Assembly (NCBI GenBank): GCA_022703585.1
Contig: JAKLDJ010000001.1
Span: 118,891-182,890, forward strand
DNA length: 64,000 nucleotides
Direction: 5' to 3'
DNA from: Candidatus Omnitrophota bacterium
GTDB lineage: Bacteria > Omnitrophota > Gorgyraeia > Zapsychrales > JAKLDJ01
Position numbers and translations under genes: made by a program. Numbering within the stretch: the first letter of the stretch is position 1; each line of letters opens with the position of its first letter. Below, one piece after another: positions 1 through 9,789 of this stretch. The notes beneath the pieces were generated by a model. It was not told the origin of the DNA. It was given only the letters and a program-made list of their open reading frames with translations, and did no database searches.

Positions 1-1
1 C

Positions 2-514
2 TTATCCTGCTTTAGGATGTACCGTAATCTTATCCCCGGTAATCTTGGCATTAGGAACAATGACGCGCTTTTTATCCTTGGTGATGATAATGGTACTAAA
101 TATCTGTATTTCGTGGACAATCCCTTCGGCCCCGCCTGCTTCGATATAATCGTCGACGCGGAAAGGCTGAAAAAGAACCATCATAACCCCGGCGGCAAAA
201 TTCGATAACGAACCTTGTAATGCCAAACCAACGGCCAAGCCCGCGGCACCGATAATCGCCAGAAAAGAATTGGTCTCAACACCCAATTTATTAAGCGCGG
301 CAATCGCCACAAAGGCCAGGATGCCGAAGTAAATAATATTCTTGGCAAAAGTGGCGAGGGTTTTCTCGACTTTAGACTTAACCAAGGCCTTTTCGCATAA
401 CTGAGAAACAAGACGAGCTACCCATTTACCGATAATAAAGATAAATATAGCCGCAATAATATTCAACCCGTACTGGACTAAATAAACATACGCCTTATCA
501 ATTGCCTCCTGCAT
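2..514 (-). CDS. small-conductance mechanosensitive channel, MscS family
   Basis: 170-aa ORF with N-terminal TM helices followed by the conserved MscS pore/beta-domain (GAAGLAVGLALQGSLSNFAAGVMMVLFQPFRVDDYIE). The stop TAA lies at 2-4, so the gene is complete. Confidence 0.8.
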   Translation of the reverse strand: MQEAIDKAYVYLVQYGLNIIAAIFIFIIGKWVARLVSQLCEKALVKSKVEKTLATFAKNIIYFGILAFVAIAALNKLGVETNSFLAIIGAAGLAVGLALQGSLSNFAAGVMMVLFQPFRVDDYIEAGGAEGIVHEIQIFSTIIITKDKKRVIVPNAKITGDKITVHPKAG

Positions 515-547
515 TGCGCCCTCCCTTTTGGTTGATGTTGCTGCGTT

Positions 548-1531
548 TTATTTTATTCTCTCGGACACGCGATAAAGAATTCCGCCTGCCACCTCGGGCT
601 TAGGCAGCATAAACTGCCTGGCCGCGACCTTAACATTCGTCAAACCCCTATCGTCTTTCTTAAATGCAATTGTCAGGTCACAACCTTCGGCCTTGGCTTT
701 TATCTCCCCCTTGGCCTTATCTTCGCTTTTAACCTCGCCAATCTTTTTTACAACTTCCCCGACGGCCTTGAAAACCGCGTCAACACTTGCATGATAAGCG
801 ATTTCGGCAGAATCTTTACTCACCATGGCCCCCACCACTGCCGCAGGGAAAAATCCCACGCCTAAAATAGTCGCAGCGGCATAGGTTGCCGCACTTTTAA
901 TAGCTGCCGGTTTCATGCCTTCCAAGGTAATGACAGCCGCCAGCTGCTGGGCGCTTGTTAAATTTTCAAATGTCCTGTCTTTAAGACCCAGTTCATAGAC
1001 TAGGATGGAAGGGTTTTCCGGCTTCGTATAATCTTTTACGATAACGCGGCCTAAATTAAGCATAAATTTATCAATCTGCATCGGCATCTCTTGGGCCGAT
1101 TTCTTCTGATCTCCCTTTTTGGCTTCAGAGGCAGCGGCTTGTTCCTGGGCAAACTTGAGCTCATCGAAATTAAGTTTGCCGTCTTTGTTTTTGACGATCA
1201 TCATTTCCCTTAAATCAAAAACCAAAAGCGACAAATGAATCTTTCCCTTGAAAATCGAAAGGGGATTATAGTGAACGCTTATTCGGGGAATATTCACCAT
1301 CTCCCCGCCGGGGAAACCTTTGGGATTATACATCTTAAAATCTTTGATATGCACTGCCGGGCGGATAACGCCTAAGGAAAAACCTCCGATATGAATCGGG
1401 GCGCCGGTAATGCTGGAGGCAACCGTGGTCACGATGGATTTAACCGCCAAATCCTTGACTTGGCCCGCGGCAAATAAGACAACGGCAACAATAAGCGCGA
1501 TATTTAAGATTTTATTCTTTTTGACGTCCAT
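548..1531 (-). CDS. membrane-anchored protein of unknown function; paralog of 15096..15854
   Basis: 327 aa with an N-terminal TM helix. It has clear collinear similarity to the 252-aa ORF at 15096..15854 (IHIGGFSLGVIRP vs IEIGHFRLGVLSK; VIVKDYTKPENPSILVYEL vs IVFKDYSKTPTVIREYNL). No family recognised with confidence. Confidence 0.6.
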   Translation of the reverse strand: MDVKKNKILNIALIVAVVLFAAGQVKDLAVKSIVTTVASSITGAPIHIGGFSLGVIRPAVHIKDFKMYNPKGFPGGEMVNIPRISVHYNPLSIFKGKIHLSLLVFDLREMMIVKNKDGKLNFDELKFAQEQAAASEAKKGDQKKSAQEMPMQIDKFMLNLGRVIVKDYTKPENPSILVYELGLKDRTFENLTSAQQLAAVITLEGMKPAAIKSAATYAAATILGVGFFPAAVVGAMVSKDSAEIAYHASVDAVFKAVGEVVKKIGEVKSEDKAKGEIKAKAEGCDLTIAFKKDDRGLTNVKVAARQFMLPKPEVAGGILYRVSERIK

Positions 1532-1597
1532 ATTCCCTCCCTTCCTCGCCGACTCCCTTATTATTCAAACATTTGTTAAAACCGTCTTGCATCCTTT

Positions 1598-1625
1598 TAT
1601 ATAACGTTTTACCCGGCGATGTCAA
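1598..1625 (-). promoter_or_regulatory. sigma70-like promoter (TTGACA-16-TATATA) upstream of 548..1531
   Basis: The minus strand reads TTGACAtcgccgggtaaaacgtTATATA, about 70 nt upstream of the ATG at 1531. Confidence 0.4.
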
Positions 1626-1670
1626 TCCCTATTATCGCCCGCCAAGAAACGGCAGGCAGAAACAGCCGGG

Positions 1671-1868
1671 TTATCTTTTGGAAATTCTAATAAAGTGCCC
1701 GACCGACCGGTCATAGGTCCGCTCGGCGCTATCCGAGAAATAACATGCCGGAAGTTCTCCCTGAGAACGGTGATACTCCAGACATTCACAGCAGATACCT
1801 TTCCTGGAACAACCGGCGTAGCTACAATTGCAATTTTTGAGATTTCTGGCTTTATTGGTACACTCCAT
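1671..1868 (-). CDS. small cysteine-rich protein (DUF6485-like)
   Basis: 65 aa with the pattern C-x6-C-x-C...C-x6-CC-x-C typical of small Cys-rich proteins of anaerobes. It is preferred over the overlapping plus-strand ORF 1695..1925 because of this conserved Cys spacing. Confidence 0.45.
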   Translation of the reverse strand: MECTNKARNLKNCNCSYAGCSRKGICCECLEYHRSQGELPACYFSDSAERTYDRSVGHFIRISKR

Positions 1869-1879
1869 ACGCCTCTCCT

Positions 1880-3508
1880 CTATTCCGACAATCTGACGAT
1901 AACGCCTTTCTGGCGCGCCTTGTAAAAAGCAAACTTTAGCATTCTAAGCCCAAGAAACAGGTACACGCCAATCAATCCAAAACCCTTAAGTAGGCTGTGG
2001 CTTAAAAGCGGCTCAAAACCAAAACTGGCCCGGAAATATTCAAGAAAATAGGTTATGGGAATAAATTGCGCGATGACAAACAAGAATTTCGGCAAGGTAT
2101 CGACCGGATAATAGATCCCGCAGATAAGCATAAACAGATAAGCAAACATCCAGGCGGTAATCTCTGCCTTCTGCCCGAAAATAAGAATTAAAAAACTCAC
2201 CAGAAGCCCGAGTAAAAGCGCGCAGCCAAAAATCCCCAGCAAAAATACGCTTACCACGAATATCGACGGGAATTTAAAACCGAAAAGGACAATCGCTGAA
2301 ACTCCCAAAATAAAGAAAATCGCTATCCCCCGGACAATACCGATAATCCATGAGCCGAATAAATGCTCCGACTCTCCCACCGGAGCCAGAAAGGTGTGTT
2401 TCATGCTTTTTGACCACACCTCGTAAAGGAGACTGTAGGCGACATCCAACTGGCTGACCTGTAAAATTCCCGAAGCAATAGCGCCGGTCATTACAAACGC
2501 CAGCGCTTTTTCCTGAAGCTCTAGATAACTTCCCAAAAGCCCGATAGAAATAAGCCCCACAATCGGCCAAAACACTAATTCCACAAACGCAAAGAAATTC
2601 CTGACGGCAAATTTGTAATTCCGGTAAGTAAAGGCTGCCGACCTTTGAAGCCACAGGGCTATCCTTTTAAGAAATCCTATCTTCGGAATTTGAAGCGGTG
2701 CCTGGGCAAGATCGACATTCGATACTTCGCTTTTAGACACCGGAATCGTGTCCGTCTTTATGTGCGCTAATTCAACAAAGACCCCTTCTAAATCCTTTTT
2801 GCCCTGTGCCTGTTTTAATTCCTGCGGACTGGCCAATCTTAAGACATGCCCGTGCCGGATAAACGCTATCCTCCGGCACATCGATTCGGCCTCGTGCATG
2901 TTGTGGGTGGTTAAAAGAATGGTGACTTTGGTTTTCTTAAAAATATCCAGGATGATTTCGCGGGTCTTGATAGCCACATCCGGGTCAAGCCCGACCGTAG
3001 GCTCGTCGAGAAAGATGATTTTAGGTTCATTTAAAAGGGCCTTGGCGAGGGATAATTTTTGTTTTGTGCCGCTGGAGAGCTCGTCAAATCTCTGACGGAA
3101 AACTTCTTCCAGGCTAAACATTTCGATCAGCCTATCGATACGATTTCTTAAAGTCTTTCTGTCCAGCCCATACAACATGCCATAAAATTTTAAGTTCTCT
3201 TCAACCGTCAGGCTCCAGGGAAAGTTAGGATGCCCGGAGGACATGTTTAAAATAGTGCGCAAATAATCAAAGTTCTTGGGGATGAGTTTTATTCCGAAAA
3301 TCTCAACCGTCCCTGTATCCGGCAAAAGGAGCGTAGAAAGAATATTAAGAAAAGTCGTCTTACCGGCGCCGTTAGGCCCTAAGATACCCAGAATCTCTCC
3401 GGAATATATTTCCAGGTTAATATCATCAAGCGCCCGGATCTTTTCAAGCCCTCGAGACTGAGAAACGAAACTTTTTCTTAGATGCTCAACTTTTATGGCA
3501 GTTTGCAT
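1880..3508 (-). CDS. fused ABC transporter: ATP-binding domain plus ABC-2 type permease
   Basis: The N-terminal 240 aa carry Walker A (GPNGAGKTT), the ABC signature ([15 protein letters not shown]), Walker B ([12 protein letters not shown]) and the H-loop. The C-terminal ~270 aa form a six-TM ABC-2 permease. Confidence 0.85.
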   Translation of the reverse strand: MQTAIKVEHLRKSFVSQSRGLEKIRALDDINLEIYSGEILGILGPNGAGKTTFLNILSTLLLPDTGTVEIFGIKLIPKNFDYLRTILNMSSGHPNFPWSLTVEENLKFYGMLYGLDRKTLRNRIDRLIEMFSLEEVFRQRFDELSSGTKQKLSLAKALLNEPKIIFLDEPTVGLDPDVAIKTREIILDIFKKTKVTILLTTHNMHEAESMCRRIAFIRHGHVLRLASPQELKQAQGKKDLEGVFVELAHIKTDTIPVSKSEVSNVDLAQAPLQIPKIGFLKRIALWLQRSAAFTYRNYKFAVRNFFAFVELVFWPIVGLISIGLLGSYLELQEKALAFVMTGAIASGILQVSQLDVAYSLLYEVWSKSMKHTFLAPVGESEHLFGSWIIGIVRGIAIFFILGVSAIVLFGFKFPSIFVVSVFLLGIFGCALLLGLLVSFLILIFGQKAEITAWMFAYLFMLICGIYYPVDTLPKFLFVIAQFIPITYFLEYFRASFGFEPLLSHSLLKGFGLIGVYLFLGLRMLKFAFYKARQKGVIVRLSE

Positions 3509-3545
3509 AGGTGTTTCAGTCTTTAGCCCGGATCCGGATTCGATA

Positions 3546-4028
3546 CTATCCTTTTATTGCTTTTCGTTTCAACAGAGTGACGACAACGAGATAGCCTACA
3601 AACGCAGCCGCAAGACCAACAATAACATAGCCGACAATCAGGGGCATGAGGATTTTTAATATTGAGACATCCCACAAATCTTTCCAGTGAAAATCTTTAA
3701 CGAGAAGCTCGCACTGGTCATAAACATTGCGCCAATCACAACCGGTTAAAAAAGATCCGGCTTTAACCGCGAGCAAAAACGTCACAAAACTAAGCCAGGT
3801 ATTGGTCAGGACACTGCCCAAAAGCGCTGCGGCCTTGTTAACCCTGAAAACGGCCGCCAAAACCAAAGACGCCACTGGCCCTGCCCCGGGAAATATCCCC
3901 AAGAACACGCCTAACCCAAACCCCAGGGCCGTCCTGTGCGGAGAATCGTTGATCTTGACGAGTTTTTCGTAGAGGACTTTTAAGAAATATTTCAGGCGGT
4001 CAATGATGTTTCTTTTTGAACTTTCCAT
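3546..4028 (-). CDS. DUF2062 family membrane protein
   Basis: 160 aa with the characteristic DUF2062 motif (HRTALGFGLGVFLGIFPGAG) and three TM segments. Confidence 0.7.
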   Translation of the reverse strand: MESSKRNIIDRLKYFLKVLYEKLVKINDSPHRTALGFGLGVFLGIFPGAGPVASLVLAAVFRVNKAAALLGSVLTNTWLSFVTFLLAVKAGSFLTGCDWRNVYDQCELLVKDFHWKDLWDVSILKILMPLIVGYVIVGLAAAFVGYLVVVTLLKRKAIKG

Positions 4029-4046
4029 GCACAGCTCCGCTTAATA

Positions 4047-5024
4047 TCATGATTTTACCCTGACCACATCCCCTGCGGTTTTTTTAACCACGACACCCGA
4101 ATCCTTACGGATTAAAAGCCCGCCGTCTTTGTCAATGTCAACGGCGACACCCTCGATCATTCCGCCGGGATCGGTAATCTTGATGCGTTTATTTAAAGTG
4201 ACCGAAAGCCCCTTCCAGCACTGGGCAATGGCCGCAAACCCGTGTTTGTTTAATTCGCCGTAACGCCTCTCGACCTGCCGCAAGATTTCCTTGGTTAATT
4301 CGACCCGGGAAACCGGCCCCTGCAAAATTCCGCGCAGGGACGTTGCCCCCTCGGGCAGAGCATCGGGCCTCGTATTGACATTGATTCCGATGCCGATAAC
4401 AACAAACTTAACACGGTCCACCTCGGCATTTAATTCCGTCAAAATACCGGCAATCTTCTTATCGTCAACCAATAAATCATTAGGCCATTTAATCAGGGCC
4501 GAAACACCCGTCACCTGCTTTATGGCTTCGCTGACGGCGACCGCCGTCAAAAGCGTAAGGCGGGATACTTCCGACGGGGAAGACAAAGGCCGCAGGATAA
4601 TCGACAGATAAATTCCCTTACCCTTAGGTGACGACCAGTTTCTCCCGAGCCTGCCGCGGCCCCTGGACTGCCCCTCAGCCAAAACAACCGTGCCTTCGGG
4701 AGCATTGTGCATCCCCAGATCAAAAGCAATGTCCATGGTAGAATCCAGCGAGTCATAGGCGACAATCTTCTTGCCAACAACCTTGGTAGAGAGGCCAAAT
4801 TGAATTTCATGGGGAAATAACTTGTCCGGGGACGATTCCAGCCGATAGCCTAGATGAGGAACAGCGACGATCTCGTAGCCTTCTTTTTTAAGCTCCTGGA
4901 TATATTTCCAGATAGCGGCACGGCTGATATTAAGCGCGCCGCTAATATCCTCCCCGGAAATAAATCCATCAGCTTTCTTTAGAAAATCGATAATTTTTTC
5001 TTGCATAGTCTGAGAATAGCTCAA
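4047..5024 (-). CDS. birA: bifunctional biotin--[acetyl-CoA-carboxylase] ligase and biotin operon repressor BirA
   Basis: N-terminal HTH (ISGEDISGALNISRAAIWKYIQELKKEG), the ligase core with the GRGRLGRNW biotin-binding loop, and the C-terminal SH3-like domain. The ORF-track start at 5024 is a TTG; an in-frame ATG at 5006 (MQEKII...) is the more likely start. Confidence 0.9.
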   Translation of the reverse strand: MSYSQTMQEKIIDFLKKADGFISGEDISGALNISRAAIWKYIQELKKEGYEIVAVPHLGYRLESSPDKLFPHEIQFGLSTKVVGKKIVAYDSLDSTMDIAFDLGMHNAPEGTVVLAEGQSRGRGRLGRNWSSPKGKGIYLSIILRPLSSPSEVSRLTLLTAVAVSEAIKQVTGVSALIKWPNDLLVDDKKIAGILTELNAEVDRVKFVVIGIGINVNTRPDALPEGATSLRGILQGPVSRVELTKEILRQVERRYGELNKHGFAAIAQCWKGLSVTLNKRIKITDPGGMIEGVAVDIDKDGGLLIRKDSGVVVKKTAGDVVRVKS

Positions 5025-5036
5025 AAAATATCATCT

Positions 5037-5066
5037 ATTATCGCATTTTAATTTTGGGATTGTCAA
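5037..5066 (-). promoter_or_regulatory. sigma70-like promoter (TTGACA-18-GATAAT) for birA
   Basis: The minus strand reads TTGACAatcccaaaattaaaatgcGATAAT, about 30 nt upstream of the birA ATG. It diverges from the promoter of the 5169 gene. Confidence 0.4.
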
Positions 5067-5094
5067 CTTCTATAGATTTTCTCGCCCAAGCTAA

Positions 5095-5123
5095 TTGACC
5101 TTTGAAAACAGGTATACTATAAT
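5095..5123 (+). promoter_or_regulatory. sigma70-like promoter (TTGACC-17-TATAAT) for the 5169..6935 gene
   Basis: The plus strand reads TTGACCtttgaaaacaggtatacTATAAT, about 45 nt upstream of the ATG at 5169. Confidence 0.5.
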
Positions 5124-5168
5124 TGAATATCAAACAACGCAATAAGCAGGCCAACAAAAACCTATCCC

Positions 5169-6935
5169 ATGCACCGAGAACAAAAACATAAAATCCCCGC
5201 CGCAAAAGACCGAATCGAATTTAAAGACGTCATCCCTCTGATCAAAGACGGGTTAGATAAAAAAGGGACTCTCGATTTTGAAGTTACCGGCCAAAGCATG
5301 ATGCCAGTGTTTATTCCCGGCGATAAAATTCACGGACAACGCGTCGCTTTTGAGCAACTACGCTGCGGCGATATTGTTATTTTTGAGACACAAAACCAGC
5401 TCACCGTCCACCGGATCATCTCCCTGGGAAACCCGTTTTGCGTTATCCTCAAAGGGGACAATGTCGAGAAACCCGATATCCCGATTGCCCGGGATAATAT
5501 AATCGCCAGAATTTCCCGCTTCGAGAGCGGTTCCTTATATATTGACCTGGAAATCCCCCGTTGGCAGAAAACGAACGGCCTGCTGGCTAAGGCCTCCTCC
5601 TGGGAACTTAAAAGGCCTCATTTTCTGACGCGGATAATCTCCGGCACCTTGCGGTTCTTTGCTGCCCTAACCAACCCTGACCTGGCCGATCTCGTTCGTC
5701 GGTGCAACAACAAAGAAACCCTGCAAAAGCTGGAAAAAGAAATAATCCTTAAGTTGTGCGACAAGGAAATAACCGAAACGGATAAGAAATATATCGGTCA
5801 AACCTTACGCCGATACTTAGACTGGGAAGAATTCTTTTCTTTGATTGTTTACAACAACGTCGGGCCGATCGTTTTTCGCAACCTCTCAAAAGTCAATACC
5901 GAAGATATCCCCGCTTGGGTGATTGAAAATCTTAAACAAAGCTACGTGCATAGCTTCTTAAAAACCGCCCCGCTTTTTTATGACCTTTCGCAATTTCTAA
6001 AAGAGATTAAGAAAAATAAAATTCCCGTTATTATCCTTAAAGGCGCTGCCATTTCCGAGAAGATTTACGGCGACACCTCCCTGCGGCCGATGGAGGATAT
6101 CGATATCCTGGTTAAAAAAGAGGATTGGCCGTCTATCCGGGAAACCTTAATCAAGCTCGGCTACATCAATAAGGAGAATCTCGACCTTCTGGATCTTGAA
6201 AATCTCTCTGCCGTTGCGATGGAACGGCACATCTCTTACGAAAACAAGAACGGGACAAAACTTGAGATTAAATTCTATTTATTCTCCCTGGATTTTCCCG
6301 ACTTTGCGCACCCGGAAGAATACTGGAAAGAAGCCGTCCCGCAGAAAATTGCCCAGGTAGAAGTTCTCACCCTTTGCCCCGAAGACCAGTTCCTGTATCT
6401 GGCCAGCCGCCTGATCAACGTCGGGTTCCGGCACCTTTTGTGGTTCTGCGACCTGAAGGAATTTCTGCTCTATTATCCAAAAATTGATTGGGACAGGATT
6501 GAAGAGAAAGCGATAAAACGAAAAGTAACAACCGCGCTGTATTACACGCTGGCCATATTAAAAGAAGAATTTCACGTCAATACCATCCCCGCGGGAACCC
6601 TGGAGAGAATCCGGCCTGCGTATCTTCGAAGGAAACTCTTTGAATGGTTTTTTAATTATAAAAACACCGGTTTTCGACAACCGGCCAAGACCCATCTTTA
6701 CCCCAACCCGCTGATCGCGAATTGTCTTCTTTTGGGGAAATTTTCGCTTAATATCAAAGACATCTTTAAGATGTTACGCTATACGTTAAGGGTGATTTTC
6801 CCGTCCCAAAAGTATATCGCCTACCGTTATAAAAACCGAATTCCAGTGCCTTTTCTGGGGGGATACGGGGCAAGAATTAGGCTGCTTTTTTTAAATCTTT
6901 GGAATATGTTGCGGGCACCCTTCACAAATCCTTAG
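5169..6935 (+). CDS. fusion of an S24/S26-family peptidase domain and an uncharacterised nucleotidyltransferase (NTP_transf_5-like); RiPP-cluster component
   Basis: The N-terminal ~120 aa carry the Ser/Lys dyad motifs of LexA/signal-peptidase-like proteases (TGQSMMPVFIPGDKI ... VILKGDNVEKPD). The C-terminal ~400 aa resemble the 'uncharacterised nucleotidyltransferase' family found in lasso-peptide/HprK-kinase clusters (ILKGAAISEKIYGDTSLRPMEDIDILV). The gene converges on the ABC permease, with a 4-nt end overlap. Confidence 0.75.
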   Translation: MHREQKHKIPAAKDRIEFKDVIPLIKDGLDKKGTLDFEVTGQSMMPVFIPGDKIHGQRVAFEQLRCGDIVIFETQNQLTVHRIISLGNPFCVILKGDNVEKPDIPIARDNIIARISRFESGSLYIDLEIPRWQKTNGLLAKASSWELKRPHFLTRIISGTLRFFAALTNPDLADLVRRCNNKETLQKLEKEIILKLCDKEITETDKKYIGQTLRRYLDWEEFFSLIVYNNVGPIVFRNLSKVNTEDIPAWVIENLKQSYVHSFLKTAPLFYDLSQFLKEIKKNKIPVIILKGAAISEKIYGDTSLRPMEDIDILVKKEDWPSIRETLIKLGYINKENLDLLDLENLSAVAMERHISYENKNGTKLEIKFYLFSLDFPDFAHPEEYWKEAVPQKIAQVEVLTLCPEDQFLYLASRLINVGFRHLLWFCDLKEFLLYYPKIDWDRIEEKAIKRKVTTALYYTLAILKEEFHVNTIPAGTLERIRPAYLRRKLFEWFFNYKNTGFRQPAKTHLYPNPLIANCLLLGKFSLNIKDIFKMLRYTLRVIFPSQKYIAYRYKNRIPVPFLGGYGARIRLLFLNLWNMLRAPFTNP

Positions 6936-7732
6936 GCAAAAACAATTGTCCCTCTTTTTTTAGTATACCGGATAGCCTTCTTTAGCACAAAGAGGCTCAA
7001 GGGAAATAATAAAACTGCGAATCCTGCCAGCACAACCAGAATATCCTGAAGCATCCCGATAGAATATCCCTTTAAGAATGCCAGCCTCAAACCCTCAAAG
7101 ACGTAGGTCGACGGAAGAAACATGGCTAGCTTTTGTAACGGCTGGGGAAAAACCGTTACGGGAAAATAGGCGCCGCCTAAAAGCCACATAAGATTAGTCA
7201 GCGTTCCGGCAAGGGGGTCACCTTTTTTCAGTATAATAATGCACGCGGCGGCACCGATACCCACCGATAAAAACGAGACCGTCGCTAGCAAACCGATCAC
7301 TAAAACCGACAATAAATTAGCCGAACTAAAATCGGCCCCGAAAATGGCCCCTAAGAACAGGAAGAATCCTGCCGCCAGAAAACCCATCATCAGATTATAG
7401 GCACCGAGAGAAAATATAATTCCCATAGTTTTCATCGGTACTGCCAAAAGCGGCTCGAGAGTTCCCGACCAGTGTTCGCGCGATACCGAATTAATCAGCC
7501 CGTTAACCGCAGAATCAAGATAGGATGCCGCTACCAATCCGATCAGGACAAAAGAGAAATAGTTTCCTCCGTATTTTAAAAGATATCCTTCCCCCTTGCC
7601 GCCGATAAGGCCGGAAAGATAATAGAACATGAAGACCGATATGGCGATGCCTACCCAACGGATACAAAAAGAAATTGTATAGCTGGTATCGATTAAGAAA
7701 TCGCGTTTAATGAAAGAAAATATCTTCCGCAT
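6932..7732 (-). CDS. ABC-2 type transporter permease (exporter of the RiPP-like cluster)
   Basis: 266 aa with six predicted TM helices and ABC-2 topology; directly downstream of the ATPase gene. Confidence 0.75.
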   Translation of the reverse strand: MRKIFSFIKRDFLIDTSYTISFCIRWVGIAISVFMFYYLSGLIGGKGEGYLLKYGGNYFSFVLIGLVAASYLDSAVNGLINSVSREHWSGTLEPLLAVPMKTMGIIFSLGAYNLMMGFLAAGFFLFLGAIFGADFSSANLLSVLVIGLLATVSFLSVGIGAAACIIILKKGDPLAGTLTNLMWLLGGAYFPVTVFPQPLQKLAMFLPSTYVFEGLRLAFLKGYSIGMLQDILVVLAGFAVLLFPLSLFVLKKAIRYTKKRGTIVFA

Positions 7733-7755
7733 TTAATAAAATCACTCCCTTTATT

Positions 7756-8583
7756 TCATGTTGCGATAAAAAAATCGTAAATTTCCTTTAAATCCGCGCT
7801 GGGGTCTCCCGCCTGCCTTCTTAACGACTCAAGGGTTCCCTGAGCCTTCAGACGGCCGCGGTCAAGAATCGCTATCTCGTCGGAGATATCAGAAACTTCC
7901 TCTAGAAAATGGCTGGCCATGAGAACTGTTTTATTTCTCTTTTTGACCAGTTCTTCTCTTATAAAGGTTCGCACGCGTTGCGCCATCTGGGGGTCCAAGT
8001 TTTTGGTAGGTTCATCCAAAAGCAAAACCGGGGCGTCATTTAATAAACCCCGCGCCAATGCAAACCTTTGCCTGACGCCTTGTGAATTCTCCTGGAACAT
8101 ATTGTCCAGATATTCCGAGAGTTCAAATACATTCGCCAGATATTTAATTTTCTCTTTCATCTGAGCCTTTGAAAGATTATATAGCGCGGCGTAAAATTCG
8201 AGATTTTGCCTTCCCGTCAGCCGAATATAGAAATTCTTATTTTCTCCCGTCACCAAGCCGATATGGCGCCTTGCCTCTAAACCCTTTTTAACCACATCGA
8301 ATCCATTGATGCTGGCGCTTCCACTATCAGGCAGAATAATCGTCGCCAGGATTCTGATAAGCGTTGTCTTTCCCGAACCGTTGGGGCCGACAAGCCCCAA
8401 GAGTTTTCCCTGCCTTATTGTTAGGTTGATACCATCACAAGCCGTAATGATCTTCTTAAGAGGAAGAGAAAAAATTGCGGACAAACACCAGGGTGGTTTT
8501 GAATAGAAATTCTTATTAAGATGAGAAATCTGAATCGGATATTCCATCAACTCTTTTCCAATAGGTCCCTGACCATTCCGCAT
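7756..8583 (-). CDS. ABC transporter ATP-binding protein
   Basis: Walker A (LVGPNGSGKTT), a Q-loop, the signature motif (NSQGVRQRFALARGL) and Walker B (LLLDEPTKNLD). Confidence 0.85.
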   Translation of the reverse strand: MRNGQGPIGKELMEYPIQISHLNKNFYSKPPWCLSAIFSLPLKKIITACDGINLTIRQGKLLGLVGPNGSGKTTLIRILATIILPDSGSASINGFDVVKKGLEARRHIGLVTGENKNFYIRLTGRQNLEFYAALYNLSKAQMKEKIKYLANVFELSEYLDNMFQENSQGVRQRFALARGLLNDAPVLLLDEPTKNLDPQMAQRVRTFIREELVKKRNKTVLMASHFLEEVSDISDEIAILDRGRLKAQGTLESLRRQAGDPSADLKEIYDFFIAT

Positions 8584-9551
8584 GCCTTATCCAGATTCTG
8601 GTCATTGTAATACAGGCGATAGGCCTTGACTTGATGAAGCAGGCCGCTTAAAACCTTAAAATATTCTCCCGAAACGTGACGGGAACCGGGTTTGATATAC
8701 AAAAATTCCTCCCGGATAAGGCGACTTAAAACAATGTGCTTATTAAGGGTTTGCATCCGAACCTTGGAAGATTTTGCATAGCGGGGAAAGATCAATAAAA
8801 GAGGTTTTGCCTTGCGCCTCATTGCTTTAGGAAAGGCACGGCCGGCATCGATGATGGCCTTGTCGTTTTTCCCTGAAGATTTTAAAATGGCCTTTTTGAA
8901 TTCAGGAAAAAGATAAAGCGAACTTTTCCTGATCTTTGGAAAAGAAGAAAAAGGGGCGCACTGGATACCCGATCCGGACTCACGCAGAATCACTTCGTCA
9001 TCGGCAAGATAATCAAAGCCCATTTTTGATAACGCCATCGCCAAAATACTCTTGCCGCTGCCTGATTTGCCGGTAAAGAGCACTCCCTTATCTCCCAGGG
9101 AAACAAATGAAGAATGAAAAAGGTAAAAGCCATGCAACTGCAACAAACATTTTAACGGTTGGAAGAAAATAAGGTCAAACAAGAGATCTTTTTCAATATC
9201 CGGTGGAGTCGCGACAAAGGAGGTGATGGTATCATGTTGCGGATCCACTGTCGTCCTGATGGTCCGCGGGCCGGCATCGAGATGAAGCTGCCGGTTTTCC
9301 CTAAACTGATTGTAAAATAACGTAAAACCGTGAAAACAGTCGCACCGGGAATGCGGGAGAAGCGAATATCTTGTCCGATGATACGCCCCATGAATAGTTA
9401 GTGCCGCCCTGCTTGCATTCGGGGCAACCGCCGAGGAAGGAAAATGGCGAATAATGAGATCGAATATACCCCGGTCGTTAGAGGTGATATTCAGTTTGAA
9501 ATCCGGAAAATAAAGGGAGGTTTTGAGTTTTGTGGCCATGAATGATATCAA
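8547..9551 (-). CDS. HPr kinase/phosphorylase-related kinase (HprK C-terminal-domain-like; 'HprK-related kinase A/B' type)
   Basis: 334 aa. The P-loop block (FTGKSGSGKSILAMALSKMGFDYLADDEVIL) matches the HprK catalytic-domain consensus GxSGxGKS...L..G..L.ADD. There is no HPr-binding N-terminal domain. The ORF-track start is a TTG; an in-frame ATG lies 4 codons downstream. Confidence 0.75.
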   Translation of the reverse strand: MISFMATKLKTSLYFPDFKLNITSNDRGIFDLIIRHFPSSAVAPNASRAALTIHGAYHRTRYSLLPHSRCDCFHGFTLFYNQFRENRQLHLDAGPRTIRTTVDPQHDTITSFVATPPDIEKDLLFDLIFFQPLKCLLQLHGFYLFHSSFVSLGDKGVLFTGKSGSGKSILAMALSKMGFDYLADDEVILRESGSGIQCAPFSSFPKIRKSSLYLFPEFKKAILKSSGKNDKAIIDAGRAFPKAMRRKAKPLLLIFPRYAKSSKVRMQTLNKHIVLSRLIREEFLYIKPGSRHVSGEYFKVLSGLLHQVKAYRLYYNDQNLDKACGMVRDLLEKS

Positions 9552-9645
9552 AAATCATTGCCCATCCTTGATCAAGAATCTGGCAATCAATCCTGTCAAT
9601 AACCTTTCGCGCGGCACCTGTTGATTTCCAACACAGCAAAACCGT

Positions 9646-9789
9646 CTACGTAAGCAAAGCAGAAGTAGTCGCTGCTGCCATCGCATTCTTTATTTTTAGA
9701 TATTTCACCAGGCACGGTTTTTCATACTCTTTGCTGCTGCGTTTTCGGGACTGCTTTTCGGTCTTTTTATCCTTGCCTTGCTCTTGCAT
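9646..9789 (-). CDS. unannotated 47-aa small ORF between the rSAM and kinase genes; candidate precursor peptide
   Basis: ATG at 9789, preceded by a strong AAGGAG Shine-Dalgarno at 7-nt spacing. The ORF overlaps the last 23 nt of the rSAM gene and encodes MQEQGKDKKTEKQSRKRSSKEYEKPCLVKYLKIKNAMAAATTSALLT (a Lys-rich N-terminus, one Cys, and an Ala/Thr/Ser-rich C-terminus). It is below the ORF-track size cutoff. Confidence 0.25.
   Translation of the reverse strand: MQEQGKDKKTEKQSRKRSSKEYEKPCLVKYLKIKNAMAAATTSALLT

Noticed and set aside
2274-3461. ORFs 2274..2654(-), 2748..3095(+), 3276..3461(+) inside the fused ABC transporter gene
   Set aside because: They are alternative-frame or antisense ORFs nested in a gene with clear Walker/ABC-2 motifs
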